From Auanema rhodensis (taxonomy: Eukaryota > Animalia > Nematoda): 64,000 nucleotides of DNA. Numbering within the stretch: position 1 is the stretch's first letter; every line of letters starts with the position of its first letter. Positions 26,608-39,000 of this stretch are shown in pieces. The position numbers and the translations under genes are program-made. The notes under the pieces were generated by a model. The model worked only from the letters and a program-made list of their open reading frames with translations, did not search any database and had not been told where the DNA came from. The DNA is taken from assembly GCA_964057225.1 (NCBI GenBank), contig OZ059896.1, positions 16,058,001-16,122,000 on the forward strand, given 5' to 3'.

Positions 26608-29521
26608 CCAAATCTATACGTATCATAAAAGCAAGTTTGATGTATTACTAAACGTCTAAAGGTATACAAGCAATTCTGGGTGCTAGCATGCAGAACTAGC
26701 TATTGTGCAACTCTAGCTTCTGCAGTCACTGTTGTTTTAATGATATTCAAATAATCGTTTCAAAAACAACACAGTTAGTGTTATTTGAAGAATCAACTTT
26801 CAAGTATAATATGATTTCATAAACTGATTTTTCTGTTTCTTAGAGAGAAAGAGAGAGAGAGCAAAGCAAGAGAAATTGAAATAATTTGTATAACTACAAA
26901 TCAAAATGGAAAAAAAAAACATTTTGAAAGAAAAAAATATTTTTTTAAGCTTTCTATCTGAACCCTTGCAAATGATTTTTGTGTTCATTGTTGATATAAA
27001 AGCTATGCTATATGTTGTTTCTGCTACAATTATCTTTGAAATTTCAAATAAAAATCTTGTGTTTGATGTGAAAGAGAGAGAGTATAAGCTGAAAATCTCT
27101 CACATGTCATATAGACTTTAGTTCACACATTTAACATTTTGATTTCAAACGTTTATAAATGAAATTAAATATATGAATAAAGCTAATTGTTACCAGAAAT
27201 AGCTTTTGTTGTGTGAAAAAACATAATAAAATAGCATAGTATTAAGATAATAATACTATTGATATACATATAGAATATAAGATTAAAAGATATCCACAAA
27301 TTATATTTATAATTTGTTTGTTCTATGAACTATAATTAACTATATGGAAGTAAACTTTATAAGATTAGAATTTACTTTAAATGTAAATGTGTAATGAAGA
27401 ATAGTTATGTACTATAAGATTAAACTATAAATAGAAATAATAATTAAAACCTTATCAAGTGATGATGTCACTATAATCTTTGGAGTTTCGTTATCCATGC
27501 TGAACCCAGAAAATACTTCTGTTTAAACAGCACAAAATAAGAAACAAAATCAATCAGCAGTAGAAATGAATGATAGGAATGATGGTAAGAATATCAAGCC
27601 AAATTTGAACTTTTTTTTTGTCTTTCTCTTTGATTTAAGAACGTGAAGATGAGATGTGGCTGGAGACGAGAACGTATATGAGAACGTGGTCAAGGGTCAG
27701 AAGTGGAAGTGCTTCGCTAACAAGATCACAATCTTTCTTTAAACATAACATTTTGTTATCAACTGACTATCATCCGCCTTTTTTTTCCTTCATGTATGAC
27801 GAGAAACGGGTTATAGCAATTGAGAAAGAAAACGAGAGAAAGCCTAAATCATCACAAAAGGACGAGAAGTAATGGAAAAAATAATAATATATAACACTAT
27901 GAAAGAAGAGCTTGATTACGTCTTCTTTTTTTTGGGCATTTTTCAGATTTTTTAAGTCATTGATTGACTATTGTTTTTGGTATTTTTACTACATTTCTCG
28001 TTCATATACTTCTTGTTTTTGCTTTAATGTTTCATCGGCTTCTTCGAAGTTTATTGGTCACGAGATCAAAATGTATACCCGTAGCATCACGTAATATTCA
28101 CGTGAAATGTTGTTAATATGCTAACTATGTAAGCTCATTTCTAATTGATGTAAATGAATAGAACGGCTGTTTATGCTATTTCAATTCGCACTTTGATCGT
28201 GCTATTCATGTTCGCTGACACACTTTAATCTTATATCTCTTATACACTGTTCAAAGATAATGTTTTTTCGGTGAACAGTAATACCGTAATCATAAACTAT
28301 CAAGGAATACTGTAGTATGAGAGATATGCGCATCAATAAACTTGAATTACAATGGTTTGAAGTGACAATTAAGCTGTTTCATTCTAGTATTAACTAGGTA
28401 TATATAGATTAAAAGAGTCAAAGAGTTGTTGAAGAGTGATTTGAATTGATGATCTGAGCAAAAGTAAAAGATAGAAACAGAAAGAGAGAAAAAGAGAGAG
28501 AAAGAACCGTTGAACTCAAATTATTTGAATATCATTCATATGAGAACTACTATATTCAGACAACATGTATATTTGATAGTATGTATCGCACTACTTTATA
28601 ACTAAAAAGATACAGATGATGACAAAGTTCAACAGAATAGAAACTATGGATACGAGTCGTCGATTTTGCTCTTTCTTTTTCATTTCTATTTTCAGCCTTT
28701 TGTTTCAAAAAAAGTGACTTTTTTCTCTGACTTTCTCAACTCTGAAATCATATTGCACTTCTGCATTCTCTTCAAATCGTTTGGTGTTTCTCACTCCTTT
28801 TCACTAATTCCACTTCGTGTCGCTTACTCGTTCTGTTTCAGAGCTGACTATGACTTTGCAATTCGCTCTTTGCTGACTTTTAATGCAGTTCTATGAAACT
28901 ATTCCAAAAGTTTTCTGATTAAATTTGTTACTATATACTATTCATCATAATATATTTAAATATTAAAAGATTAGCATATTTTAAATTAATTCCGAATATA
29001 AGATTATCATTACATAGCCACACTAACCTCAACAGAGCTGATACGGCGACCGGAACTGACACGAGGAATTGGAGGCACATTGTCTTCTCCATCAAGTACT
29101 CTGTAAATAAATATTTAATAAAAATAATATTAAAAACATATTATTTTCTTTTTTTTAATATTTTTTTGTAATTTGAGTGGAGAAATGAAACCAGGAAAAG
29201 TATAAGAGATGCGCTGAATGAAACTGGTGTATATGATTCGGACTTAAAACATATTTACAGCTTTAGCGTTTATCTCTTCCTTTCTTCCATCTATCATTCC
29301 TTCAAAAAGTTCGTAAATTATCCTTCATTTTCTTTTTTAAGCCTTTTTTTGCCTTTCCACTCTAATTTTGAATGAGAATGCTTCTGAACCTGGCAATGCC
29401 CTCAGGCACAGGACGATCACCGCCTACGGCAGCGACAGCTGCTCCCTCTGCCGTATCCGGCACGCTCTCAGCAACAGTGCGATCATCAGACTCTGGCATC
29501 TCTTGACTCAGGTTTGAGACA
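21210..29521 (-). CDS. kcc-2: Upstream N-terminal coding exons of the K-Cl cotransporter (long isoforms)
   Basis: Exons 29521-29390 (VSNLSQEMPESDDRTVAESVPD...), 29100-29028 (VLDGEDNVPPIPRVSSGRRISSVE), 26384-26305 (AVRGAPPPTKKASVVVFETPDSPPAMG), 22544-22458 (RRQSSWWRSLVMDDEKVTPPEIIVSPEN) and 21271-21210 (ANGIGLEERNRNVSTASMGD). All are GC-rich islands with AG/GT ends, and their phases (2,0,2,2,1) chain in frame into exon 16801. Confidence 0.85.
26545..26602. repeat. (CT)n microsatellite, interrupted
   Basis: Two CT runs separated by gactat. Confidence 0.9.
27451..27498 (-). CDS. kcc-2: Alternative first coding exon of the K-Cl cotransporter (MDNETPKIIVTSSLDK)
   Basis: ttcag acceptor 1 nt before the ATG; AAG|GTTTTA donor in phase 0, compatible with exon 26384. 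Confidence 0.65.
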
Positions 29522-31603
29522 CTAGAATATAATAAAGTTAATATTCGAAAAATTATAAAAGAAAAGAATAAAAAATATAAAAGAAGAATAGATGAAAAGA
29601 AAGCAAAATGAACACAAGATCAAAATGTTTTGATTATGAAGGGAACAGGCGAAAAAAAAATTTTTTTTTGAAGTAGAAGAAGACAACAACCTCAAAGGCA
29701 TCTCTCGTATGTGTCTTCATCACATATATTTGCTTTTCTCTTATATAAAAATATATAAATACATCATTACGTGTTGACTGATATAAACAAGAAACTGAAT
29801 GACTTAATCAAATAGCTTTAGCATATTTCTTGTTGTTAAATAAAAAATTTATTTTATCACGTTTTCTAATTGCACGTGAAATGCGTGAGCACGTGGAATA
29901 ACTCTATATGAATTCTCATATATGGTGCAGCTCATGAGCGTCATAGAGAGTCATTTACATAGCGGAGATTGCTTTGAACGGTTGGTCATTTTCAAAAGAA
30001 CTAAAGGAAGAAGCCAGAAAATGGGATGATGAAAGAGAGTTAGGAAAAGCTTAAGGTAGTGGTCGAGATTTAGAGAGAGTAGTCAAGATGACAGGAACAG
30101 AGAAAAGGAAGTAGCATAAAGTTTGAAAAACACAAATAAATGAGAAATGCTTATAGGAAAAATGGCTTCATAAGGGTAAATCTAGTTAAATTACATTAGC
30201 CTTTGTGGATTATACAGTTTTATAATATAATTTATATGAAGAAAATTATATTTTAATATGATTTGTAGGAAAATAAAAATATTGAAAAAAAAAAGAAAAA
30301 TTATCTTAACAATGAAAAATTATTAAATTACCAAGTTATAGTATATATATATATATATACATATTATATGTATATCTATTTGGTATAACTATATATTAAG
30401 TTTTTAACTATATTATTATATTATAATAAAAATTTGAGAATTGGAAATACATCTATGATGTATCAACGCTTATAGGTTGCAGACGTGTAAACATGTAGGT
30501 TCTATAGATTCTGCATAATGTGGTATGTCTGGTTAAGATATAAAGAACATAATAATTAAAAAACAACTATATGTTATACTATATTACTATATGTATATAA
30601 TATATAAATTAAACAGATTTGATAACATATAGTTTACAACTTTAGAAAACATATGAAATAAATGATTTTCAATTAAGAGAAATTAAGTCAATACTAAGCT
30701 ACAACCTATTCTGGCACAACAACAACAACATTTGGTTTCAGACAGTATAGATGGAGGGAAAGAAAGAGTAAAGGATACGGGAGAGGATGGTGCTGACTGA
30801 AGTCATTTCGACTCAGAGTATGAGAATTGAAACAGTGAGGTGTTTGAAACTGGCGTTGTGATTGAGATGATTATGTAGAAATACAAATTTATACAGGAGA
30901 TTAGCAACTAGCTAATAATATGCAGAAATTCGAGAAATATTTTCACTATTTCAAATGGATTATCAAACTGCATTTAAAAGGGGAACAAAACGAGAGAAAG
31001 AGAGAGGGAAGAGAGAAAGAGAAAGAGAGAGGGAGATAGAAAGAGAAAGAGAGAAATTATATGTATTCACATATGGAGCAGGAAAGGCAACATATAATAT
31101 AGTCAATATTTTCAAGTTAAACTCTGAAAAAACTCAAAGAAATTCGGCTGTTCCGGATGGAAAAATTATCAGAATATCAGGTGAAATTGAAAGAATCATG
31201 AATTATGTAGTTGAAACAAGCATATCTAGAAGTTTTTTTAAAAGAAGAAATATTTTGAAAACATATAGAAGGAAGAGAGGAAGAATGATGTTTGAGAATA
31301 AAATAGAAAAATGTTCTAAAGAACAGCTTAGGTTATTGTGTTAGAATTAAACTAATTTGAGTAATTTCCATAAATTATTTAAGAACATTCAAATTGAAAA
31401 TTGAAAGTAAAATGAATTGAGGTGATAGTAAAGTTATATTGAGTGTGAATGAGTGTGAGAGAGTGAGAAATTGAAAAAAAAAATTAGCTTGCAAATGAAT
31501 ATTTCTTCGTTCAAAAATTAAAAAAAATAACTGAATAAGAGTATTATAATGAAGCGTTTTTTGTTTCTTCATTTGTATCTCCTGATGTAAATCTAGATAT
31601 TTA

Positions 31604-31732
31604 AAGAGAGAGAGAGAGAGAGAGAGAAAGAGCAAGAGAGAGAGAGAGAGAGAGAAAGAGCAAGAGAGAGAGAGAGAGAGAGAAAGAGCAAGAGAGAGAG
31701 AGAGAGAGAGAAAGAGCAAGAGAGAGAGAGAG
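31604..31732. repeat. Higher-order AG-rich tandem repeat, ~28-bp unit (AG)n-AAAGAGCA, 4 copies
   Basis: AG runs punctuated four times by the same aaagagca spacer. Confidence 0.9.
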
Positions 31733-34700
31733 GCATGCTCTAATTTCGAAAAATCTGTGCTTAGAGATAGACGAAAGTCGAGAGGTAAAAAAAATGTAGG
31801 AAAATGAGAAAACAAGCTGTTCAAGAGGAAACATTTTCCTTTTTTATTTTGTCTAGAATATCAAACAAATGATATTTTTCTTTGAATAGACGATATAAAT
31901 AAAAAAATCATTAAGATTGAATTATAATATATATTATATATAGTATATTATATGTTTTAGTTATTATAATTAGTGATAAATCTTTAAAAATTGAAATGAT
32001 GAGCATGAAGAGTATCAAAGTTCAGCCCAATCTCGAAATACAATTTTTTAAGTTTTTCTTTCAAAAAAGGGAAAAGTGAATAGAGAGAGAGAGAGTAAAT
32101 GAGTACTAGTAAGGAAAAAAGCACAGAAATGATAACTATTTTCAGTGTTTTCTGTTCAGTTTGTGTTGAAAGATGTAGATGGTTTTCAATTATTTTCACA
32201 TAAAAACCACAGAAAATAACCATTATATATTGCTATAAAAGAGAATTTAATTACAAAAATATATAATAGATAGCCATAGATTTTATAATGTTGTTTGAAA
32301 AATAAGAAGAAAAAAAATGAGAAGAGATTTGGTTGGGTTGGATGGAATACGACGAGCTCAATCAGTGCTAGCCTGACTGACTGGATAGCATGGAATTTTA
32401 GGCTGAGACCAAACTGGCCTTGAAGCACATGCTCTTACAGGTTGGATGTTCTGTCGCTTCCTCTTACATCGATAATGCTGTTCTGGTAGTTGTGGAACTG
32501 ATGTGTACAGACAGATTATATGAATGATGTAAGATGATGGTATAGTATACTTTGAGAATACTATATTAGAGTTTGAATGCTCTTGATGGCTAGAAGTAGA
32601 ACAGAGAAGAGATAGAGATAAAGAGGTAAGTTTTGTATAAAAAGAGAGAAGAATTATAAAAGTTAAAAAGTTGTGAAGAGTTCGTTTTGGACTGGTAACT
32701 GAGGAGTAGTAGCCAGCACAGCGAATGATCACTTGTGATGACAACTGAAGTTGAAAATCCTTTATATAGGGAAGACTTCGTATGTAAATTTTGTGTAAAT
32801 TTCAGCAAAAGATCATTCAATGAAACTGGAAAGAGTAACACTCTTTTGTCTTTTTCCATCGTTTCTCTTATAATGATTATGAGATATTTGTACTATTTCT
32901 CTTTTAACATTCTCTGTACTCTTATTGCTTATCATATTGTATATGTTTCGAAAAGAGAAAAAATTGTTCGATGAAATAGGGGAAACAAGTATCAATCGAG
33001 TGAGAGCAGAGAATATCAGATGAACGAGAAGTGCGATAGAAGTGAGGAGAGAAGTAACATAGTTATACATAGAAATCATATCTTGACCAGTTAATATTTA
33101 AAAAATTATTTTCTATATAGTATATAGTTAGTTATAAGAAATAAATAACACTATCTAAACAATAATGAATGATATAGCCTCAGGCTATTTTGAGAAGATC
33201 TAATAGGAAGATGTCATAGGAACAAGACAAATCATCAGAATCTGAGAGAAGATGAGTAAGAAGAGAGGGGGGGAGAGGTTGAGTGATGATGGTGATGATG
33301 AAGATATTGAGTAACTTCAATCAGAGAAGAAACGAAGAAGCTTATTTTTAAGAATATGAAGTATATAAGAATAAGGACAAAAGGATGAAAAGAGCCAACA
33401 AAAAATCTTTTTTGAAAGCAAATGAGAGTACGAAGAAGCAGTAGTAGATGAAGAAGAGAAAGACAGATTGTGAGAAAAGCATAGAAGGATTGCGAACATA
33501 CTCGAAAGAAAGAGAGAGAGAGAGAAAGAAGATGAATGAAAACATGGATAGGACGAAGAGCTATTTATGTTTTCTGATATATGAAAGCCATTAAAGTAAT
33601 TGATATTCATACTCACTTATAACTTCAGAAGTCTGTACAACAAGTGTTTAATGCTTCATCTCTTATACAGCCTACGACGACAAAGCCATCTTCATCTTAG
33701 ATCAGAGTATGGCAATGAAGAAAGCAGGAGAGAGAGAGAGCGATACAGCTTAACATTAAAGGATAAAATTGAAAAAAAAGAAAAGATAAAAAGATTATAA
33801 GAGATCTCATAGTTAAGATAGAACACACACATCAGCTATTTTCAGGTCATCCTATATTACAGGAGGAAACATTTTTTTGTTCTCAAAAGTTTGTTGTGAT
33901 TGAAAAAAAAAGACCAAAAGAAAGAAAAATGTTAGTGTAAGTGCTGTTTTTATCAGAAAAACAAATAAACAAGATGATGAAGACGAAGAAGAAAAAAGGA
34001 TCAGTCAGAATCAGTTTATGAAAGCTCAGATGATCATCTGGATACCATCTGGAAATGAAAAACATTTTTTTTTACTCATCATCATCATTATCATCATGGT
34101 CATCGTCGTCGTCCTCTTCGTCATTGTGATCATCCTTCTGGAGCACAATTAATTTATTTTGGAGTAAAGATAAATAAGAAATATAGTAGATACATATAGT
34201 TAAATCTTAATTATAATTATATAGAAAAAGAGTTTATCTTATATTTTTTAAAATGATTATAGATAGTTCTTCAAAATAAGATTTTTGAAATAAAATACTC
34301 AAATTTATCGTTTTATAAATATATTTTTTCTTGAAATGAATTGAAAATAAACAAAAAATAATTGAATATCTTATAAGATATGATGGAAAAGGTTGGAAAA
34401 AGTTTGTTAAAAATCCAGCCTGATTGAATGAAATAAAGAAGTTTTAACGCCATAAAGCTTAAATCTATTTTAAGGAACATGTACTTTTATAAAAGAAATG
34501 TAAATGATTGTTTAGAAAACTTTTCAAAAGATCTAAACGGTGAGGAAGAAGAATGAGGAGTAATGTACTAATTTCTTATCTTAAACATCCAAATAATCAC
34601 ATTCTTCATATCAGTTTATTTATTTGAATTCAATGAATGAACAATACAAAATCTTTTAAACATTTTGTGTCAACAAATGATTTTCTCTCTATTTCTCTTT

Positions 34701-35234
34701 ATATTTTTCAGTTATTTTTGTAATTATTGACATATTAACATTAGAAAGATAGAATTCTTTTATCAAATATATTATATAGTTAGATATATAAATTTATTTT
34801 CATCATTATACAAATATCATTAAAGATTCGTTTTCTTCTTTTCTCTTTACTTATAAAATCTATTAAATCATCAACTTTTGTTTTCTTTTAATTTGAAAAA
34901 CACATTTTATTAAAGAAATTAATTGCATTATCATATCTTTATAAGTTTTTTAAAAGTTTATTTCCTATATGTTATCACTATGTTATTCATCATCAATACA
35001 TATACTATCTATCAAATTTATTTTCTTTTTTTCTTTTTTTTTTTGAATTTCCGACAGAAAAGTTTCAAATAGTAACAACTTGACAAGCTTACAACTAAGA
35101 AATAAAATTATTTTTTATTAACTAGTTCATATGAAATAAAGAAAAAAAATGACAAAATCTGTTTTAAAATTATATTAAAATAATAAAAATAAAAATATAT
35201 TTATGATAAATATTTAAAGAATTTCCGAAATCTC

Positions 35235-35986
35235 TCAGATGACACAATGGGGATCTTTCGGCGTGAGATCTTCTGAATCATCCAGAAGCCAATATGTTGT
35301 TACTGGACCTTTTCCCTTTAATGGAAATCATTATGTATATATATATGTATGTATATTTGCTCAAATATCTCATCAAACATCCAATTTAATCATTAAAACC
35401 TTATTTCAAATTTTTAAAAAGACTATGAGCATATCCTTGAATATGCTTTATACTATGCTCGAAAAATTTTATACAAACATTACCTTTAATATGACAGTTC
35501 CTCTTTCTTCTATTCGAAATTCCGGAAAATCGTTTCTTATCGTTTCACTAGCCATTTCTGACACCTAAAACATTTTAATTGTAAACATAAGCTTGTTGTT
35601 TTAGCTCATGCTTTTCTTTTTATTGAGGAACTTATTGATAACGAACCTGAATTTTTTCTGGTAGACCACTACCGGCCATACGACAAGCCATATTTACGCT
35701 TTCTCCAAAGACACAAAACCTTTATTGATAAATAATTACAAACACAATAAAATTGATAACAATGAGATAAGTTTAAGAAGAGTTTCTTCACCACCCACTG
35801 TTTCTCTTATCTCATTTCCTTGTCTACTCAGTTTTGTTTTTCAAAAATCTCATATAATGATAATTTCTTTTTTTATTACTCACTTTGTTTATTATTTTGT
35901 TTTTTAGAGGAGAATTAAAAATTTCTTTCAACTTTTTGAGATTCAGAAACACGAGCCGTCATCATTACTCGCATTCTCTCTCTTTT

Positions 35987-36025
<39 letters not shown>

Positions 36026-39000
36026 TTCTCTCTATCTTTCTCTCTCTTTCTTTCTCTGTAATATCTATATATAGAAAGAATTAATTTTCGAAAATTAATT
36101 CTTCAAAATTCAATAAAATATTCAAAATCTTTGTAAGTTCATAGTACAAACTGTAAATAAACTAATGTATTAAACGATTAATCGTATTATAATCGAATAA
36201 AACATGCTCAATACATTTTCTATTCAAAGATCTCATCAAATATTCGAATTTTCCAGAACGTATTTTAAAAATTTTATAATTTTTTCTCTTATTAATACTT
36301 TTTATTTTATATAATAGAGATGGAAACATGTTTAGGCTTATCAACTCGTACCTTGGAGCTGTTATTCCTAATATGCCAGCAGCTACTGCTCCACAGCTGA
36401 TGCCAATTTTTATACGAAGCTTATGGTCAGGACGATGAACGACAACTAATGTTTTCATAAACTAGAATTTAAATAAGTCGTCTTATTACTTAAATTATTT
36501 GATAATGTACAAGATATGAAACATACTTCTTTTAGTTTTAATGCTATTCGACATACTTCAGCTAAATGCTTATTCTCCGCAATTTCTGGTATACCACTCA
36601 CCAATAGGTAAGCATCTCCTACGTTTTCAACCTATTTTTATAAATTTATCTTTAAAATTTCTAATTTATTAACCTTAAATGCTCTAAATTTAGTAATAAT
36701 TTGATCAAATGATGAATATAGTTGCTGAAGAATTTCTAATACCTGAAAATAGTATATATTAACTATAACCAGTATATGAGATTATGGCTAAAGTACATGA
36801 ACTGGTATACATGATTCACATAGTTCCGTAAATTGACACACATCGATCATAAGTATTGAAACGGATGGATGAAGCTTAGGTCTAGGCTGTTTGCCATCTC
36901 GTAATACTTCAGCAATTTCTCTGCAAGATTCCCTTATTCAACCTTTTAAATTTCTTTTTCAATTTTTTTCGAAATGTATACCGAAGTTGCAATTGAAAGT
37001 TATAACTTTGATTTATATTATTACCTCGGCATTATTTGATGTAATATTTGCTGAGTTCGAAGCTGTTCTTCTTCGATTTTTGATGTTCGCTCAGCAACAA
37101 TCTGCTCCAGATTGTCTGAATATTCATCTACCATTTTGATTAATTGATCAATCAATGTTCCTCCACTGCAAATGACGAAGAAAAGAGTTTTTTCCACAAA
37201 TTAATCATCAAATTTTTTATTTTTTTCCATCTGATTTATCAAAAAAACTGACTGTTTTCCGAATTCACGAGCTACAGCATCAATGATCTTGAACAATGCC
37301 GGACGAGCTGATGTACGTTGTAGCCAGCACTATGGATAAATCAAATAGAGAGAGAGAGTGAGAAAGAAATATAGAGAGAAGATTGTAGGAAAAGAGAGAG
37401 AGAGAGAGAAAGTGGAATGAAAACATACCTGTTGCATAATTGAAATAACACGTAACGTGAAATCATTGGTTTTATCAGGTAAAGCAGGATAAATGGGATT
37501 TGATGAACAAATTTGATTAATTATTTCTAATAAGAAATCATAATAATCTATTCCTAAAATTAATAGTTATACCTTCATTACAAAGAAAACGTTCTTGAAA
37601 AGGTCTTTGATAAAATAAAATTTGATAGATAAGCATTCCAATCTGATATATATCTCCCGTAACTGTTGGCTCCAAAGCAAATTGATCTTTTGTATCTTTC
37701 AATAATTCCAAATATTCTGGAGGATATTGTAGAAAATCTAAAATATAACTTGCATCATCAGCATTTTTTTCAAAACAAAATTGGCTATAAGAGCCATCTA
37801 AAGCTAGAAAATGAATGTTAGAAATGTTTACTTCTGGGCATTGATTCCAGATCTTTGAACCCTTTAGAAATAATTTCTTTGTGTTCCATCTGAAATTTAA
37901 GAACGATGAAGAAAAATTGAAATGAAAATGGCTTCTATTCGAACCTTAGTACGAAGAATCTGTGTCATTCCAAAATCCGTCAATTTAACTACCCAATAGC
38001 TATCTACAACACAGTTTGTTAAGAATAATGCTCCATGAACTTTGATAGAACTCTGATGTATATATTGAACTCCCTAAATAATTTATTCAAGGAAAATTTT
38101 AAAAGTTTGAATTATAAAAAAATTTTGGACGAATTGTCTAGCAGCTTTTCCGAATGAATAGTTGAGCGATTAAAATATATTATTGTAAATATTTAATTAC
38201 ATTTAGAATATGCTTGACAAAGGTCGACTGAAAATTTCGACCAAGCCGTCGTTCACTGCCAAACAGTATATCATCTAAACTGCCGCGTACACAATATGAC
38301 CATAATGCTATTAATTCAGATTGCTGATTGAATGCTAACCCAGCAAATGAATTAACATTAGCATGATGTATATATTTTAACTAAAATTGATATATTTTTG
38401 AATATATATATATCTATATGTTATATATTACCTGATTCAATTTTTCCATTTCTTCACGAGAAAACGTTAGCGAACGTTTTTGTATATAAGCATGTGTATA
38501 CATCTAGGATGATATACATAAGTAACAACTTACTTAATATAATAAATAATTAAAAATCAATAATTAATAATATACGTAATAGTACATGTGAGAGTACACG
38601 TGAGAGTACACGTGAGAGTACACGTGAGATTACACGTGAGAGTACACGTGAGAGTACACGTGAGAGTACACGTGATCGAAAAAAGACGTGAGAATGTATG
38701 TTGTATGTCATTATTTCAATTTGAATGGATACGCTGCATGGTTGTTATACATAGCTTCAGATATTTTTTTATAATTCGATGTTGGATGAGAGCTCGATAA
38801 ATATTTCACAGTGATACTTATATTTCTTTTTCTCTTTACTTACTTTACTTCCTTCCAGATAAGCAAATTTTCGATTATTGAAATCAGGTTCGGATGTAGT
38901 TGATATCTTTTGGCTACTAGCTGTACTGATACGTCGAAATCCTGGATGCTAAAATAATATAATAAATATAATTAAAATAAATAATAATCAATTAGTTGTA

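Noticed and set aside
30706-30731. Possible KCC first exon MLLLLCQN(S), phase-compatible with exon 29521
   Set aside because: Weak donor (GTTGTA) and derived from a TTG repeat; not supportable without transcripts
30955-31834. ORFs of 129-149 aa on both strands
   Set aside because: They translate AG/CT microsatellites (ERERE / SLSLS) and have no splice or domain support
32186-32744. GC-richer region with 128-aa and 80-aa ORFs as a possible first KCC exon
   Set aside because: No convincing ATG-to-donor exon in a compatible phase; more likely promoter or UTR sequence
35235-35249. CAAX prenylation motif at the gcy C-terminus
   Set aside because: The Cys is third from the end (HCVI), not fourth, and the protein already has a TM segment
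38588-38800. ORF MRVHVRVHV...
   Set aside because: Translation of the 12-bp minisatellite, antisense within a gcy intron
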